Source of the DNA: Bacteroidia bacterium
GTDB taxonomy: Bacteria; Bacteroidota; Bacteroidia; UBA4408
Direction: 5' to 3'
DNA: 64,000 nucleotides
Assembly: GCA_020845635.1 (NCBI GenBank)
Contig: JADLFI010000034.1
Coordinates: 18,863-82,862, forward strand
Below, in pieces: positions 51,455 to 61,684 of the stretch; the stretch's first letter is position 1; every line of letters starts with the position of its first letter. A model generated the notes under the pieces. That model had not been told where the DNA came from and made no database searches. It saw only the letters and a program-made list of their open reading frames with translations. Made by a program: the position numbers and the translations under genes.

Positions 51455-54247
51455 ATGGAGAATAATTTTATTGAATTTATTGCAAATCGCTTGTTAGAAC
51501 AAATGGATAAAGGGCAGGATACTATTTTGGTATTACCTAACAAAAGACCTGCCTTGTATTTACAACATTATATTAGCCGTAAAATCAGTCAACCGCAATG
51601 GTTTCCTATGGTCTATACTATTGAGGAGCTTGTAGAGCATTTAAGCGGAATACAAATGGCACCACCAATGTATGTTTCTAAATGCTTGTACCAAGTTTAT
51701 AGTGATGAACTTAAAGAGAAAGCAAATAAGTATGATGATTATGTGAAATGGTGGAACATCATCATAAAAGACTTTAACGACTTGGATATGTATATGGTAA
51801 ATACGGATAGCTTTTTCAATTATTTAAGTGAAGATAAAGCTTTGGAACTGTGGAATCCGGGAAATAATAAGTTGACTGAATTACAACAAAATTATCTTAC
51901 CTTTTGGAATAAATTACCCCTATTTTATACCCAACTAAAAAACAAATTGCTTGAAAATAATGTGGGTTATAGAGGCATGATATACAAAAGAGCAGCAGAA
52001 ATCATCCAAAGCAATGATGCTTCCTTAGACTTTACAAATGTAATATTTGCCGGGTTTAATGCACTTAGCACTTCTGAAGAAAAAATTATTGAGTTCTTTT
52101 TGAGAAACAATACGGGTAAAATTTATTGGGAGGCCGACCAATATTACCTTGATGATGAAAATCAGGAGGCGGGACATTTTTTACGCAAATACAAAAATAA
52201 ATGGAGTAATTATGGCAGTTGTTCTGTATTTTTTACCATAAACAAAATGCGTGATGAAGGTAAATCAATACAAATTACCGGGGTTCCCAAAAAGCAGATG
52301 CAGGCTGTTTTGGCTGGCGAAATTTTAAACAATTCTTCGTTACAGTTAAAAAATACAGCTTTAATACCTGCTGATGAATCTCTGCTGTTACCTTTATTGT
52401 ATCAAATCCCTGAAAAACTCGAGGTTAATATTTCTATGGGCTACCCCATAAGTCAGTTGCCCTTAATTGATTTTTACAAGATATTATTTGAGCTTTTAAA
52501 ACAATTTAAACTAACAAAATCTTGTGCCAACACTCAAATTTGGTATCGTTGGATAAGACATCCATATACTAAAGCCATACTGAAGAATGATAAGGAAACA
52601 AATTTAAACAATCTGCTTAATGATTTTTTTAAAAAAATAATGACTTCAGGGCGTTTAAAATACAGTAGTGACGAGATAGAAGAAGAATTAAGAAAGCTTG
52701 GGCCAACTGATTTTAGGGCAATAAATAAAGCTTTTAAACAAGTTGAAGAAAATATAGCTAATATATTTCAATTGTTGGACAGCGTTAATAATAAACTGTT
52801 GCAGGGGAGTGCCTATGATAATAAATTACAAGCCCAGTTGAGTGTATATATGGATATTATTAAACAAATAAGAGTTACCTTTTTTGAAAACACTCAACCT
52901 ATAATTAACGATTATGATACAATTTATCAACTCATAGGTCAATCGGTAAGCGGAAATTCAATTTCATTTATAGGTAATGCTACTGAGGGGTTGCAGCTTA
53001 TTGGGCTATTAGAAACGCGTATGTTACAGTTTGATGAAATAATTATTACCGGATGCAATGAAGGGGTTATACCTAAGGCAAAGGCAATGGGCGATTCTTT
53101 TATACCTTTTGAAATCAGAAACCTTTTCGGGTTGCCTACATACAGAGATAGCGATTCAGTATTTGCCTATCACTTTTACCGATTGTTACAAGGAGCCAAA
53201 AAAATCCATCTAATTTATAATACCGAAACAGAAAAAGAAGGAAGTGGCGAAAAATCACGCTTTCTATTACAACTTGAGCTGGAACTTAAAAATAAAATCA
53301 AGCACCTGGAAAGTAATACCTATAAGTTTCCATTGCTGAAAAGCGATAATGAAAATACTATTAGCATACCTCACTCCGAAAAAGTGGATATGGCATTGAA
53401 AGCATTATTGGAGAGAGGGCTGTCGGCAACAGCGCTAATGAGCTATAAAAACTGCTCACTACAATTTTATTTTAAATATATTGAAAAAATAAAAGAACCT
53501 GTTGAGATAGTTACAGAATTGGAAGCTAATGTAATAGGTTCTATTTTGCATAAAATACTTGAAGATATTTATATCCCTTTAAAAGGGAAAATGCTAAAAG
53601 CCGATGACTTAATGATATCTGACACAGCTATACGTAAGTTAGCTATTGATGCTCTTTCAAAAGAGTTTCCGGAGGCGGAGACAAATAGGGGAAAAAATTA
53701 TCTATTTATTGAAACGGCCTTGGAAATTATTAAAAGATTTTTAAGATATGAAATTGAATTTCTAAAAAAGCATAATCTTACCATAATTGACTTAGAGTGT
53801 GAAATATCAACAGAAATAAATATTGAACCTTATGGAAAAGTGAAGCTGATAGGCAAAACAGATAGAATAGACGAAATATCAGAATCTGTTAGAATAATAG
53901 ATTACAAAACAGGGTTTGTTGATGCAAAGTTATTAAAAGTGGACGATGTACAAGAAGTCTTCATGAATCATCAAAAGGATAAGCCATTTCAGTTACTGTA
54001 TTATTATTTGTTATATAATAATGCATTTAAACCGGAAAAAGACATTCAAACCGGCATTATTAATTTACGAAAGATTGGCGATGGGCTTTTAAAAATAAAC
54101 ACCGAGAGTGAAGATATTTATAAATTATTTGAACATGAATTAATTAAACTGATAGAGAAATTATTAAATAAGCAAAATGAATTTGTTCAAACGAATAATA
54201 TGGAAGTTTGTTCGAAATGTAGCTTTAAAAATATATGTATGCGGTAA
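51455..54247 (+). CDS. PD-(D/E)XK nuclease superfamily protein, AddB-like (degenerate helicase-like N-region, RecB-type nuclease C-domain with Cys cluster)
   Basis: About 930 aa. The motifs IIDYKTG and a terminal CSKCSFKNIC Cys cluster are present. The ORF track starts at TTG 51449; the ATG at 51455 is preferred. Confidence 0.6.
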   Translation: MENNFIEFIANRLLEQMDKGQDTILVLPNKRPALYLQHYISRKISQPQWFPMVYTIEELVEHLSGIQMAPPMYVSKCLYQVYSDELKEKANKYDDYVKWWNIIIKDFNDLDMYMVNTDSFFNYLSEDKALELWNPGNNKLTELQQNYLTFWNKLPLFYTQLKNKLLENNVGYRGMIYKRAAEIIQSNDASLDFTNVIFAGFNALSTSEEKIIEFFLRNNTGKIYWEADQYYLDDENQEAGHFLRKYKNKWSNYGSCSVFFTINKMRDEGKSIQITGVPKKQMQAVLAGEILNNSSLQLKNTALIPADESLLLPLLYQIPEKLEVNISMGYPISQLPLIDFYKILFELLKQFKLTKSCANTQIWYRWIRHPYTKAILKNDKETNLNNLLNDFFKKIMTSGRLKYSSDEIEEELRKLGPTDFRAINKAFKQVEENIANIFQLLDSVNNKLLQGSAYDNKLQAQLSVYMDIIKQIRVTFFENTQPIINDYDTIYQLIGQSVSGNSISFIGNATEGLQLIGLLETRMLQFDEIIITGCNEGVIPKAKAMGDSFIPFEIRNLFGLPTYRDSDSVFAYHFYRLLQGAKKIHLIYNTETEKEGSGEKSRFLLQLELELKNKIKHLESNTYKFPLLKSDNENTISIPHSEKVDMALKALLERGLSATALMSYKNCSLQFYFKYIEKIKEPVEIVTELEANVIGSILHKILEDIYIPLKGKMLKADDLMISDTAIRKLAIDALSKEFPEAETNRGKNYLFIETALEIIKRFLRYEIEFLKKHNLTIIDLECEISTEINIEPYGKVKLIGKTDRIDEISESVRIIDYKTGFVDAKLLKVDDVQEVFMNHQKDKPFQLLYYYLLYNNAFKPEKDIQTGIINLRKIGDGLLKINTESEDIYKLFEHELIKLIEKLLNKQNEFVQTNNMEVCSKCSFKNICMR

Positions 54248-54329
54248 GAGCATTAGGTGATTTGGAATATTTATTATTTTTGCCCGCTGTACAAATAAAA
54301 TGAATAAAATGTCGTTGATAGGTTAACTT

Positions 54330-55826
54330 ATGTACACAAAATCCATTAAATTGCTTAATATCTTCAAATATTTGTTTTTTATTTTACCACTGTTGGCATT
54401 GTTTGTTGGAGGATGTAAAAAAGAAATAGGTTTTACGGAAGAAAGTAGCAGCAAGTTAAGTTTTTCAACCGATACGGTTATATTCGATACCGTTTTTACC
54501 GAGGTAGGATCAGCAACTCAACAATTTAAAATATATAATCCCTATAAAAAGAAATTATTGGTAAAAAAAATATGGCTTGCCAAGGGACAAAATTCTTTAT
54601 TTAGATTAAACATTGATGGTGTTCCGGGAAATACAGCTAACAACATTGAATTAATGCCCGGTGATAGTCTGTTTGTTTTTGTGGAAGTAACTATAAATCC
54701 CTTAAACTCTAACACACCTATGATTGTAACGGATAGTGTTTTGTTTGAAACCAATAATAATATACAAGATATAGACTTGGTAGCATGGGGGCAAGATGCA
54801 CATTATATAAGACCTAATACCTATATAAATGGTTTACCACCCCTTAACATTATTGCCAAAGAAAATGAAAATATTACCTGGGGAAACGATAAACCTTATG
54901 TAATATATGGTTACGCTGTGGTTGATAGTGCAGCAGTTCTAAATATTGAAGCAGGGGCAAGAATACATTTTGCAAAAAATTCCGGTTTATGGGTTTATCG
55001 TTATGGCAGCTTGCAGGTTAATGGAACCAAAGATTCACCGATTATTTTTCAAGGAGCACGGTTAGATTATGATTATCGTGATATTCCCGGACAATGGGAC
55101 AGAATTTGGATTAACGAGGGAAGCATTAGCAATTTTAATTATGCCGAAATTAAAAATGGTTTTATAGGACTTCAAGTAGAAACTATAATTGGCCGTCAGA
55201 ATAATGATCAAACTTTAGTAAATCTAAAAAACACTAAAATATATAATATGACTGCCTATGGCTTGTTCTCCAGATATTACAGCATACGCGGGCAAAACCT
55301 TTTAGTTACTAATTGTGGTGAAAATACTGTGGCTCTAACCATGGGAGGAAATTATAATTTCCGACACTGCACATTTGCCAATTTTTATTCGGCAAGTACA
55401 CAAAGACAATCACCTCTGTTAGTTATCAATAATTATAACAATAATCAGGTTTTTCCTTTAGATAGCTGTTATTTTGGTAATTGTATAGTTTACGGAGGTA
55501 TTGAAAACGAAATTAGTATTGACAGTAAACCCGGGCAAAACTTTAATTATTTGTTTGAAAATACACTTATTAAAGTATCACCTACAACCAATACAGATAA
55601 TACGGATAATTATAAGAATATTATCAAAAATCCGCCTAATGTTGTGGTAAACGGAAGCACCACCCAACCATTATTTGAGGATATAAATAAGCAAGACTAT
55701 CACTTAAAAGCAAATGCACCTGCTATTAATGCCGGCTTGCCTCTAATTGGTCAACAAGTACCACTTGACTTGGACGAACATCAACGCGATCCCATGCCCG
55801 ATATGGGATGCTATGAGTTTCAATGA
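54330..55826 (+). CDS. Lipoprotein with an N-terminal DUF1573-like Ig domain and a probable right-handed beta-helix
   Basis: The lipobox is LFVGGC. Repetitive N/G-rich beta-helix-like turns are present. The C-terminus MGCYEFQ is typical of beta-helix proteins. Confidence 0.35.
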   Translation: MYTKSIKLLNIFKYLFFILPLLALFVGGCKKEIGFTEESSSKLSFSTDTVIFDTVFTEVGSATQQFKIYNPYKKKLLVKKIWLAKGQNSLFRLNIDGVPGNTANNIELMPGDSLFVFVEVTINPLNSNTPMIVTDSVLFETNNNIQDIDLVAWGQDAHYIRPNTYINGLPPLNIIAKENENITWGNDKPYVIYGYAVVDSAAVLNIEAGARIHFAKNSGLWVYRYGSLQVNGTKDSPIIFQGARLDYDYRDIPGQWDRIWINEGSISNFNYAEIKNGFIGLQVETIIGRQNNDQTLVNLKNTKIYNMTAYGLFSRYYSIRGQNLLVTNCGENTVALTMGGNYNFRHCTFANFYSASTQRQSPLLVINNYNNNQVFPLDSCYFGNCIVYGGIENEISIDSKPGQNFNYLFENTLIKVSPTTNTDNTDNYKNIIKNPPNVVVNGSTTQPLFEDINKQDYHLKANAPAINAGLPLIGQQVPLDLDEHQRDPMPDMGCYEFQ

Positions 55827-55936
55827 CATATATATATTTTTGAAACAATTAAACAGATTTTTCGTTAATACATAGAGAAAAGTGATGAAGATTAGTTTAT
55901 TATATTCATTAAAAGAATTATTGTAAAGCGGATAAT

Positions 55937-58348
55937 ATGCAGAAAAGATACTTATTTTATTTTATTATTCTTTTTGTATTCTTTCCCTTACATTATTCCT
56001 TTTCGCAATCGGCAAAAAGTTTCTTCAAAAAAGGTCAATCTCAAGTTCAGTCAGGGAATTGTGAAGATGCGGTAATTTCATTTTCATCAGCAATAAATCT
56101 AAAACCTGATTATAATACTGCTTACTATGAAAGAGCAAATTGTTATTTTAATTTAAAGAAGTATGAGAAAGCCTTAGCTGATTATGCCTATTTATATAGC
56201 AAAGATCCATTAAAAGAGGATTATATAATAAAAATGGCATTAACCTATTACAGTCTTAATAGATGGCCTGAAACACAAAATATGTTGTTAAAATTAGAAG
56301 CCCCTGAAATGAATGTACATATTGCCGAAGCTAAGGTTATTTTGGGGCGTTGTAAAATTTATATGCATAATTTTGAGGATGCATTACAATACCTAACTTC
56401 GAGTATTATCATTTTCCCCACAAACGATCAAATATACTTTTATAAAGGAAATGTAAGCGATAGTTTGAAAAATTATCAGGCGGGGGTTTTATGTTACAAT
56501 CAGGCTTTAGATATTATAAAACTTAAATTGGCAAAAAAAGAAATTAATCAAACCACAGCAGATTCTCTTAATTGTATTTACAACACTTCCTTATCATATA
56601 GTCAAATTAAAATATTTGATTATCTATCGGCAATTACGAGTTTGAGCAATGCTGTAATTTTATGTCCTGACAAGGGTAACACTTTCCTGCAAAGGGCTTT
56701 TGTATATTTACAAACCAATGAAGTAAACCTAGCATTGAATGATTTGCAACAATGTGAAAAATTAAATTACAAGCCATATATGTATTATTTAGTAAAGGCT
56801 TTAGTGTATAAAAAAAATGGTCAGTTTAATAATGCTATCGAAAGCCTTAACTTCATATCAAATTACGATACAGCCTATTATGCAAATTATATTAAAGGAC
56901 AATGTTTGGAAAGTATTGGTAGATTGGAAGATGCACAAAAAGCTTATATTTTTTCTAATTCAATAAGTCAGAGTGAGAATAAAAAAGAAATTGAAATTGC
57001 TGTACAGCGTATTAGGCTTAGAATCTATGAAACTAACCGCGAAAAAGACCCTCCCGAGCTGCGTATTATTAATCCCGAAACAGATATTGATAATTTACTA
57101 AGAGTTTCAAAGTTATCTAAAATCACTGAAATTAGAGGCGTTGTGTTGGATAAAAGTTATATCAAATCAGTAATGGTAAATGGGTTGGAAGCTGAATTTA
57201 GAAGAGATACTGTTAATCCTGAATTTAGAATTAAATTAAATTTGGCTGATGAAGATTCTTTAAAAGTAATCATTGTTGACTCATACGGGAATGAATCAAT
57301 TCATCAATTCGGGCTAAACCGAATGGAGTTAAATCCTCCTGAGCATAAACTCTTTGTTTCATATTCAAAACTAAGAAAACAGATTTTCACCGATGGTTCA
57401 AATAATAAAAAAATAACAATAAGCGGTAGGGTAGAGGATGAAAGTTTAATAACCAAAATATTAATTAATAACAAAGCTGCATCTTTTAGCCTTGTTCAGC
57501 TAAATCCACTATTTGATGCCGAAGTTGATATAAGCCATACTGATTCTATAAAAATAGCCATTACTGATGAGTATAATAACACCTCTGTTACGTCATATTA
57601 CATCAATAAGAATACTACTGTTGCCAAGAACGATAATTTAATGGGAAAATCATGGTTGGTTTTTATTGCCAACTCTAATTACGAGAATTATAGTACACTT
57701 GAAGGTCCTAAAAATGATTTAAAGAATATTACTCAGGCTATTGATGCTTATAAGTTTGAAAACATTATTGTAAAAAATGATATGACCTTATCTGAAATGG
57801 AGAAATTTTTTAGAATTGAACTGCGCGATTTGGTTAAAGAACAACAAGTTAATTCGTTAATGATTTGGTTTGCAGGACACGGGAAGTATCTTAACGGATC
57901 AGGTTATTGGCTGCCGGTTAATGCTCTTAAAGATGTAGAAATTACTTATTACCCGATAGTGTATTTAAAATCAGTCCTTACTAATTATTTTCACTCTTTA
58001 CGCAACATTTTAATTGTATCAGATGCTTGCGAGTCAGGCTTATCTTTTGATATATCAAATCAGAAAATCAAACAATTTGATTGTAATATTCCCAATGGGC
58101 AAGTTAATCGAAGTGCTTATGTATTTTCTTCTTCAACCAATGAAAAAGCATCAGACAATTCTTTGTTTTGCGAGAGCTTTGTAAGCCTATTAAACGCTAA
58201 TATTTCTCCTTGTCTGCCTTTAATGAATTTAGTAAAACCAATATCTGATATTGTGAGCAAGCATCAAAACCAGAAATGCAGTATTGGGCCAATTAAAGAT
58301 TTTTCAGACAACACTGGTATTTTTTATTTCTTACGAAAAGAAGATTAA
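55937..58348 (+). CDS. Secreted TPR-repeat / tandem Ig-like / caspase (peptidase C14) protein with an intact His/Cys dyad
   Basis: There is a signal peptide and TPR repeats. Both the FAGHG motif and the DACESG motif are present, with the Cys codon TGC at 58028-58030. The protein is colinear with the 27262-29649 paralog. Confidence 0.6.
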   Translation: MQKRYLFYFIILFVFFPLHYSFSQSAKSFFKKGQSQVQSGNCEDAVISFSSAINLKPDYNTAYYERANCYFNLKKYEKALADYAYLYSKDPLKEDYIIKMALTYYSLNRWPETQNMLLKLEAPEMNVHIAEAKVILGRCKIYMHNFEDALQYLTSSIIIFPTNDQIYFYKGNVSDSLKNYQAGVLCYNQALDIIKLKLAKKEINQTTADSLNCIYNTSLSYSQIKIFDYLSAITSLSNAVILCPDKGNTFLQRAFVYLQTNEVNLALNDLQQCEKLNYKPYMYYLVKALVYKKNGQFNNAIESLNFISNYDTAYYANYIKGQCLESIGRLEDAQKAYIFSNSISQSENKKEIEIAVQRIRLRIYETNREKDPPELRIINPETDIDNLLRVSKLSKITEIRGVVLDKSYIKSVMVNGLEAEFRRDTVNPEFRIKLNLADEDSLKVIIVDSYGNESIHQFGLNRMELNPPEHKLFVSYSKLRKQIFTDGSNNKKITISGRVEDESLITKILINNKAASFSLVQLNPLFDAEVDISHTDSIKIAITDEYNNTSVTSYYINKNTTVAKNDNLMGKSWLVFIANSNYENYSTLEGPKNDLKNITQAIDAYKFENIIVKNDMTLSEMEKFFRIELRDLVKEQQVNSLMIWFAGHGKYLNGSGYWLPVNALKDVEITYYPIVYLKSVLTNYFHSLRNILIVSDACESGLSFDISNQKIKQFDCNIPNGQVNRSAYVFSSSTNEKASDNSLFCESFVSLLNANISPCLPLMNLVKPISDIVSKHQNQKCSIGPIKDFSDNTGIFYFLRKED

Positions 58349-58410
58349 CTCCTGAATTTAGTCTTCAGCCTTTCTAAATATATTTGGTTGAACAAGAGTG
58401 AATAAAATAA

Positions 58411-59505
58411 TTATTTCAACATCATAAAATAACTATCCAACAATGGATGTTCAACCACCGGAAAAGGCTCTTTTTCAATTTTATGATTTATATTATCAAT
58501 TCTTTCCTGAGGTAGCGGGTGTGAACTTAGAAACTCAGGAACTTGTGCTCCCTCAACGCTTTTAAATCTTTCAAATAGTGAGGTTATGCCTCGTGGATTT
58601 ATTTGCAAACCTTTCATTATTATAAAACTGTTCTCATCGGCTTTCTGCTCTAACTTACGCGAATAATGCAATTGTCGCAATTGTTCTGCTCCATTACCAA
58701 GCATGGCTATTGAACCTTGGTCAAACCCATTAAATATCATGGTTAAGGCAACCCTTACACTTAAAGTGTTAAATACGTTTCGTAATGAGTGCTTTAAAAT
58801 AATGTGTGAGTATTCGTGTGCAAGTAGTGCTACCAACTCCTCATAGCTATTCATATTTTTAATAATCTCATCGTAAACAACTATATAACCTCCAGGTATG
58901 GCGTAGGCATTTAACTCGTTTTTCTTAACACAAACCAGTTTAATGTTATAATCACTTTTTAAATGAAGTTCCTTGAAGAAATTATTTAAAACTCTCGATT
59001 TTCCCGAATCAATTTGCTCTTTTTGCATAGCACTTTCAAATATTGCTTGGCCTATTTCTTTTTCGTATTGAAGTGGAAAGTTGTCAACTGCCTTGTTAAC
59101 AGCCCACGGAATTACAACATAGTAAATCAAAGCAATTAAGGCTATGAAAAATAAAAAAATAGATAAAACAAGTTTCCTGAATGTTGATTTCGGATTTACC
59201 AATAATTGTTGAACAACCTTATATTCTTTGAAATTCCTTTTTATTTCATTGGCAAACTCTATTTGTCTGCACGTTATTGATTGGTATGGATAATTTCCAA
59301 AATTAATAACTATATTCGTTTCTTTATAGGTGTGCATAGAAACCACATCATTCATTGGTATTGATATCCATTGATTATCTTTTCTATACTCAATTCCTAA
59401 ACTATACAGTCTAATACTAACGTCTTCGTACGATTTAGCACGGTAATTACTTTTGTATTCTGCCTTATAAATTGTTTCTAAACCTGACATATTTTTTTTA
59501 TTCAT
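58411..59505 (-). CDS. M48-family zinc metallopeptidase with an N-terminal cytoplasmic domain and a TM segment
   Basis: The HEYSHIILKH (HExxH) motif with a downstream E is present, along with a TM helix. Confidence 0.65.
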   Translation of the reverse strand: MNKKNMSGLETIYKAEYKSNYRAKSYEDVSIRLYSLGIEYRKDNQWISIPMNDVVSMHTYKETNIVINFGNYPYQSITCRQIEFANEIKRNFKEYKVVQQLLVNPKSTFRKLVLSIFLFFIALIALIYYVVIPWAVNKAVDNFPLQYEKEIGQAIFESAMQKEQIDSGKSRVLNNFFKELHLKSDYNIKLVCVKKNELNAYAIPGGYIVVYDEIIKNMNSYEELVALLAHEYSHIILKHSLRNVFNTLSVRVALTMIFNGFDQGSIAMLGNGAEQLRQLHYSRKLEQKADENSFIIMKGLQINPRGITSLFERFKSVEGAQVPEFLSSHPLPQERIDNINHKIEKEPFPVVEHPLLDSYFMMLK

Positions 59506-59561
59506 ACAAATATGACAACTGTTTTTATTTTTTTGCGTATAATTAGTTAAAATTAATAATT

Positions 59562-60410
59562 ATGATTTCTGATTATCATATAGCTATACCCTCTACTTTA
59601 CATCAATTGCCCATTTTGCTTAGCCTTTGCTATGAGCGTAAAGATGTAAAAAAGCCGTTGATTATTTTTTCGCATGGGTTTAAAGGGTTTAAAGATTGGG
59701 GCTATTTTCCTTTATCGGCACATTGGTTTGCCCAAAAAGGGTTTGCCCATATACGATTTAATTATTCTCATAACGGTACTTCATACGAGCACCCATGCGA
59801 ATTTGACCGCCTAGATAATTTTGGGAACAATAATTTTAGTATTGAACTTAATGATTTAGATGATGTTATTAATTGGGCCGAAGAAAACAGCCATAAGTAT
59901 AATTTTGACCTAGATAATATTTATTTAATAGGGCATAGCAGAGGTGGGGGCATTAGTATTATCAAAGCGAATGAAGATAAAAGGATTAAAAAATTAATTA
60001 CCTGGGGTTCTGTAGCAGATTTTGAAAGCCGCATGGTTGTTGATGGTTTTGACGAATGGAAGAAGAAAAAAGTAACATATATTCCCAATTCCCGAACTAA
60101 TCAACAAATGCCGCTTTATTTTCAATTTTACGAAGATTATAAGAGTAACGAAAAACGATTAATCATTAAAAAAGCTGCCAAAAACCTAAAAATTCCGTAT
60201 TTAATAATACATGGTATTTATGATGAAACCGTGGCGGTAAACGAAGCCAATGCTTTGCATCATTGGACTAAAAATTCCAGATTATGTTTGCTGGAAAATG
60301 CTGATCATACTTTTAATGCAACACACCCATATAATGCAAATACGTTAAGCGATTTACTTGTTAAGAAATTAAATATCTGCTTTGACTTTTTTACTGATAA
60401 ACAACTCTGA
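59562..60410 (+). CDS. Alpha/beta-hydrolase fold protein
   Basis: The nucleophile elbow GHSRGG is present, with a downstream acid/His pattern. Confidence 0.6.
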   Translation: MISDYHIAIPSTLHQLPILLSLCYERKDVKKPLIIFSHGFKGFKDWGYFPLSAHWFAQKGFAHIRFNYSHNGTSYEHPCEFDRLDNFGNNNFSIELNDLDDVINWAEENSHKYNFDLDNIYLIGHSRGGGISIIKANEDKRIKKLITWGSVADFESRMVVDGFDEWKKKKVTYIPNSRTNQQMPLYFQFYEDYKSNEKRLIIKKAAKNLKIPYLIIHGIYDETVAVNEANALHHWTKNSRLCLLENADHTFNATHPYNANTLSDLLVKKLNICFDFFTDKQL

Positions 60411-60539
60411 TAAGGGTAATTTTTCATTATCAACATCCTTGAAATTATTTTGTTGTTTTGGGTTTCTGCCTAAATGAGAAAAACTACAATTTAATAGCCC
60501 TATTACAAGCAAATTTGCTATACTTGTATTTTTAATACT

Positions 60540-61673
60540 ATGAATATTCTGCATGTTATTCCATCATTGTCAAAAGGAGGAGCCGAAAGACTTACCATTG
60601 ATATATGTAACGCTTTAACAGATAAAGGGCACAACGTAATGTTGTTAAGCATGAGCCCAATAAATGCATATAGTTTTATTGATTTTAATTTTAAATACAA
60701 AGTTATTTCTTCTAAGGTGGTTCCATCGTTAAGTGGTAAAACTCAGGCAAATACCCATGAGTATGAGGATGTTATACGGAAATTTAAACCCCATATTATT
60801 CATTCACACTTGTTTGTAGCCGAAATGTTGACACGCTACAAACCACATCCCGGAATTAAATATTTTACCCATTTGCACGATAATATGCCGCAATTTAACG
60901 GTATAAAAATTCAAAAAATGAACAAATCGGTAATCACCAACTTTTATGAGAAACAACTTTTAATACGCAGATATAAACAATGCAATAATTACTTTGTGGC
61001 TATATCGCAAGATGCTTACGATTTTTTCTTTAATCAACTAGGAGATACTTTAGCCAAACGTATTTTTTTATTAAATAATGCTATTGATTATAATAGATTT
61101 TATCGAGGAAAACGAAAATTTGATTACACTGAAAATACTACTTTGCGCATGGTTAGTGTGGGTAGCTTAGTGAAGAAAAAGAATCAACAGTTTTTAGTAG
61201 ATATTGCTTTAGAGTTAAAGAAATTAAATCTTAATTTTCATATAGATATTTTGGGCGATGGGCCTGAATATGATAGCATAAAAAATAAAATTACCAATAG
61301 CCAAGTTCAGCAATATCTTACCTTACATGGTAATGTAAATAATGTGGAAGATTTTCTGCATCAATCGCTCATATATGTTCATCCAGCCTCTTACGAACCT
61401 TTCGGATTGGTGTTGTTAGAGGCTATGGCTGCCGGACTCCCTTGTGTATGCCTTGACGGGAGAGGCAATCGCGATATTATTAAGAATGATTTTAACGGCT
61501 ACATTTTTAAAGAACAAGATGCCGCTCAATTTGCAAAAACCATTTTAAACTTATTTAATCAAAGAGAAAAACTACAAACTATGAGCAACAATGCTATTGA
61601 TTTTGCAGCCGATTTTGATATGGCCAATTATACTGAGCGCTTGCTGAATTTATACAATAAAGTTACGGCTTAA
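60540..61673 (+). CDS. Glycosyltransferase family 1 (GT4-type)
   Basis: The motifs GGAERL and EPFGLVLLEAMAAGLPCV are present. Confidence 0.7.
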   Translation: MNILHVIPSLSKGGAERLTIDICNALTDKGHNVMLLSMSPINAYSFIDFNFKYKVISSKVVPSLSGKTQANTHEYEDVIRKFKPHIIHSHLFVAEMLTRYKPHPGIKYFTHLHDNMPQFNGIKIQKMNKSVITNFYEKQLLIRRYKQCNNYFVAISQDAYDFFFNQLGDTLAKRIFLLNNAIDYNRFYRGKRKFDYTENTTLRMVSVGSLVKKKNQQFLVDIALELKKLNLNFHIDILGDGPEYDSIKNKITNSQVQQYLTLHGNVNNVEDFLHQSLIYVHPASYEPFGLVLLEAMAAGLPCVCLDGRGNRDIIKNDFNGYIFKEQDAAQFAKTILNLFNQREKLQTMSNNAIDFAADFDMANYTERLLNLYNKVTA

Positions 61674-61684
61674 AATTTTATAAG

